Below, in pieces: positions 63,601 to 64,000 of a stretch of 64,000 nt of DNA (positions are counted from its first letter, which is position 1; each line of letters begins with the position of its first letter). A program made the position numbers and the translations under genes. Source of the DNA: Marsupella aquatica (taxonomy: Eukaryota; Plantae; Marchantiophyta); assembly GCA_973895155.1 (NCBI GenBank), contig OZ316897.1, positions 4,124,211 to 4,188,210 on the forward strand, written 5' to 3'. The notes under the pieces are model-generated. The model was not told the origin of the DNA, searched no databases, and saw only the letters and a list, made by a program, of their open reading frames with translations.

Positions 63601-64000
63601 GAACTGGTGAGTGCAAGCTGTGTCCTGGGATTCTAGAAACCATTCCCCACCTCTTCATTGACTGTGCACATGCACAGAAATGCTGGGCTTTATGTGCGGG
63701 ATGTTTTGATGGTGCATTTGCGGATCGCTTTGGAGGCCTGATTGGGATGCTTGACTCTGCTATCGGAAGGAACCCATGTAAAGTAGCAAAATTGTTTATG
63801 CTATACCAGATCCTCTGGACGCTGTGGAATGGCAGGAACGAGCACATGTTCAAGACAGAGGGAACCAGAAAGCTGGACCTGCGCTTTATGCTCTCTGAAG
63901 TGGCGGACCATGTCTCTGCTGTGATACTCACCTTACCGGCTTGTAATAGAAGAACGAGGCTACTTAGGGCCAAGGAGATGGTAAATAGGGAAAGGGTGCT
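60665..64000 (+). pseudogene. LINE A ORF2 remainder (APE C-terminus, RT, zf-RVT) with several frameshifts and stops
   Basis: SRLDRFY, SDHDP, KAPGPDG, KLDFEKAFD, GVRQGCPLSP, LFADD, CKLC...HLFIDC. Confidence 0.93.

Larger units (their letters stand above)
50410..64000 (+). mobile_element. L1-clade LINE 'A' (host element), split by insertion of LINE 'B'; 5' boundary approximate, 3' end beyond the window
   Basis: ORF1 50760-52784; ORF2 52808-53348 resumes at 60665. The APE reading FLKVQFNLVDA|IQFKGIDKGSRFTW is continuous across the insertion. Confidence 0.9.

Noticed and set aside
50410-64000. Three tandem LINE copies
   Set aside because: The 15-bp TSD and continuous frame show one element nested in another.

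Overview
Repeat-dense eukaryotic DNA with GT-AG introns and plant-type transposable elements, most likely from a non-seed land plant such as a bryophyte (inference). I found no ordinary host gene and no RNA gene. The main feature is a 19.9-kb DNA transposon at 16071-35993, with 17-bp perfect TIRs (imperfect to about 70 bp) and a TTAA duplication. It carries: a broken Sola-like (DUF7869-type, GHTHEDVD) transposase; three tandem arrays; three F-box-like genes; a reconstructable 6-exon, ~2100-codon gene (ParB-like domain, degenerate beta-class DNA amino-methyltransferase-like domain, repeat linker, Ulp1 SUMO protease, FCP1-like HAD domain); and two further FCP1-like paralogues. About 40 copies of a 16-18-bp palindrome (ACGCGAC-NN-GTCGCGT) lie in its arrays, introns and intergenic gaps, and I saw none outside the TIRs. 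This suggests a self-recognition or anti-silencing module (hypothesis). The rest of the window holds a Bianca-type copia LTR/PBS end, a CACTA transposase remnant, two copies of a retrotransposon-type accessory ORF, MITEs, a PIF/Harbinger element, and a full-length L1 LINE nested in a related L1 with a 15-bp TSD. All domain calls are motif recognition by eye, not database searches.
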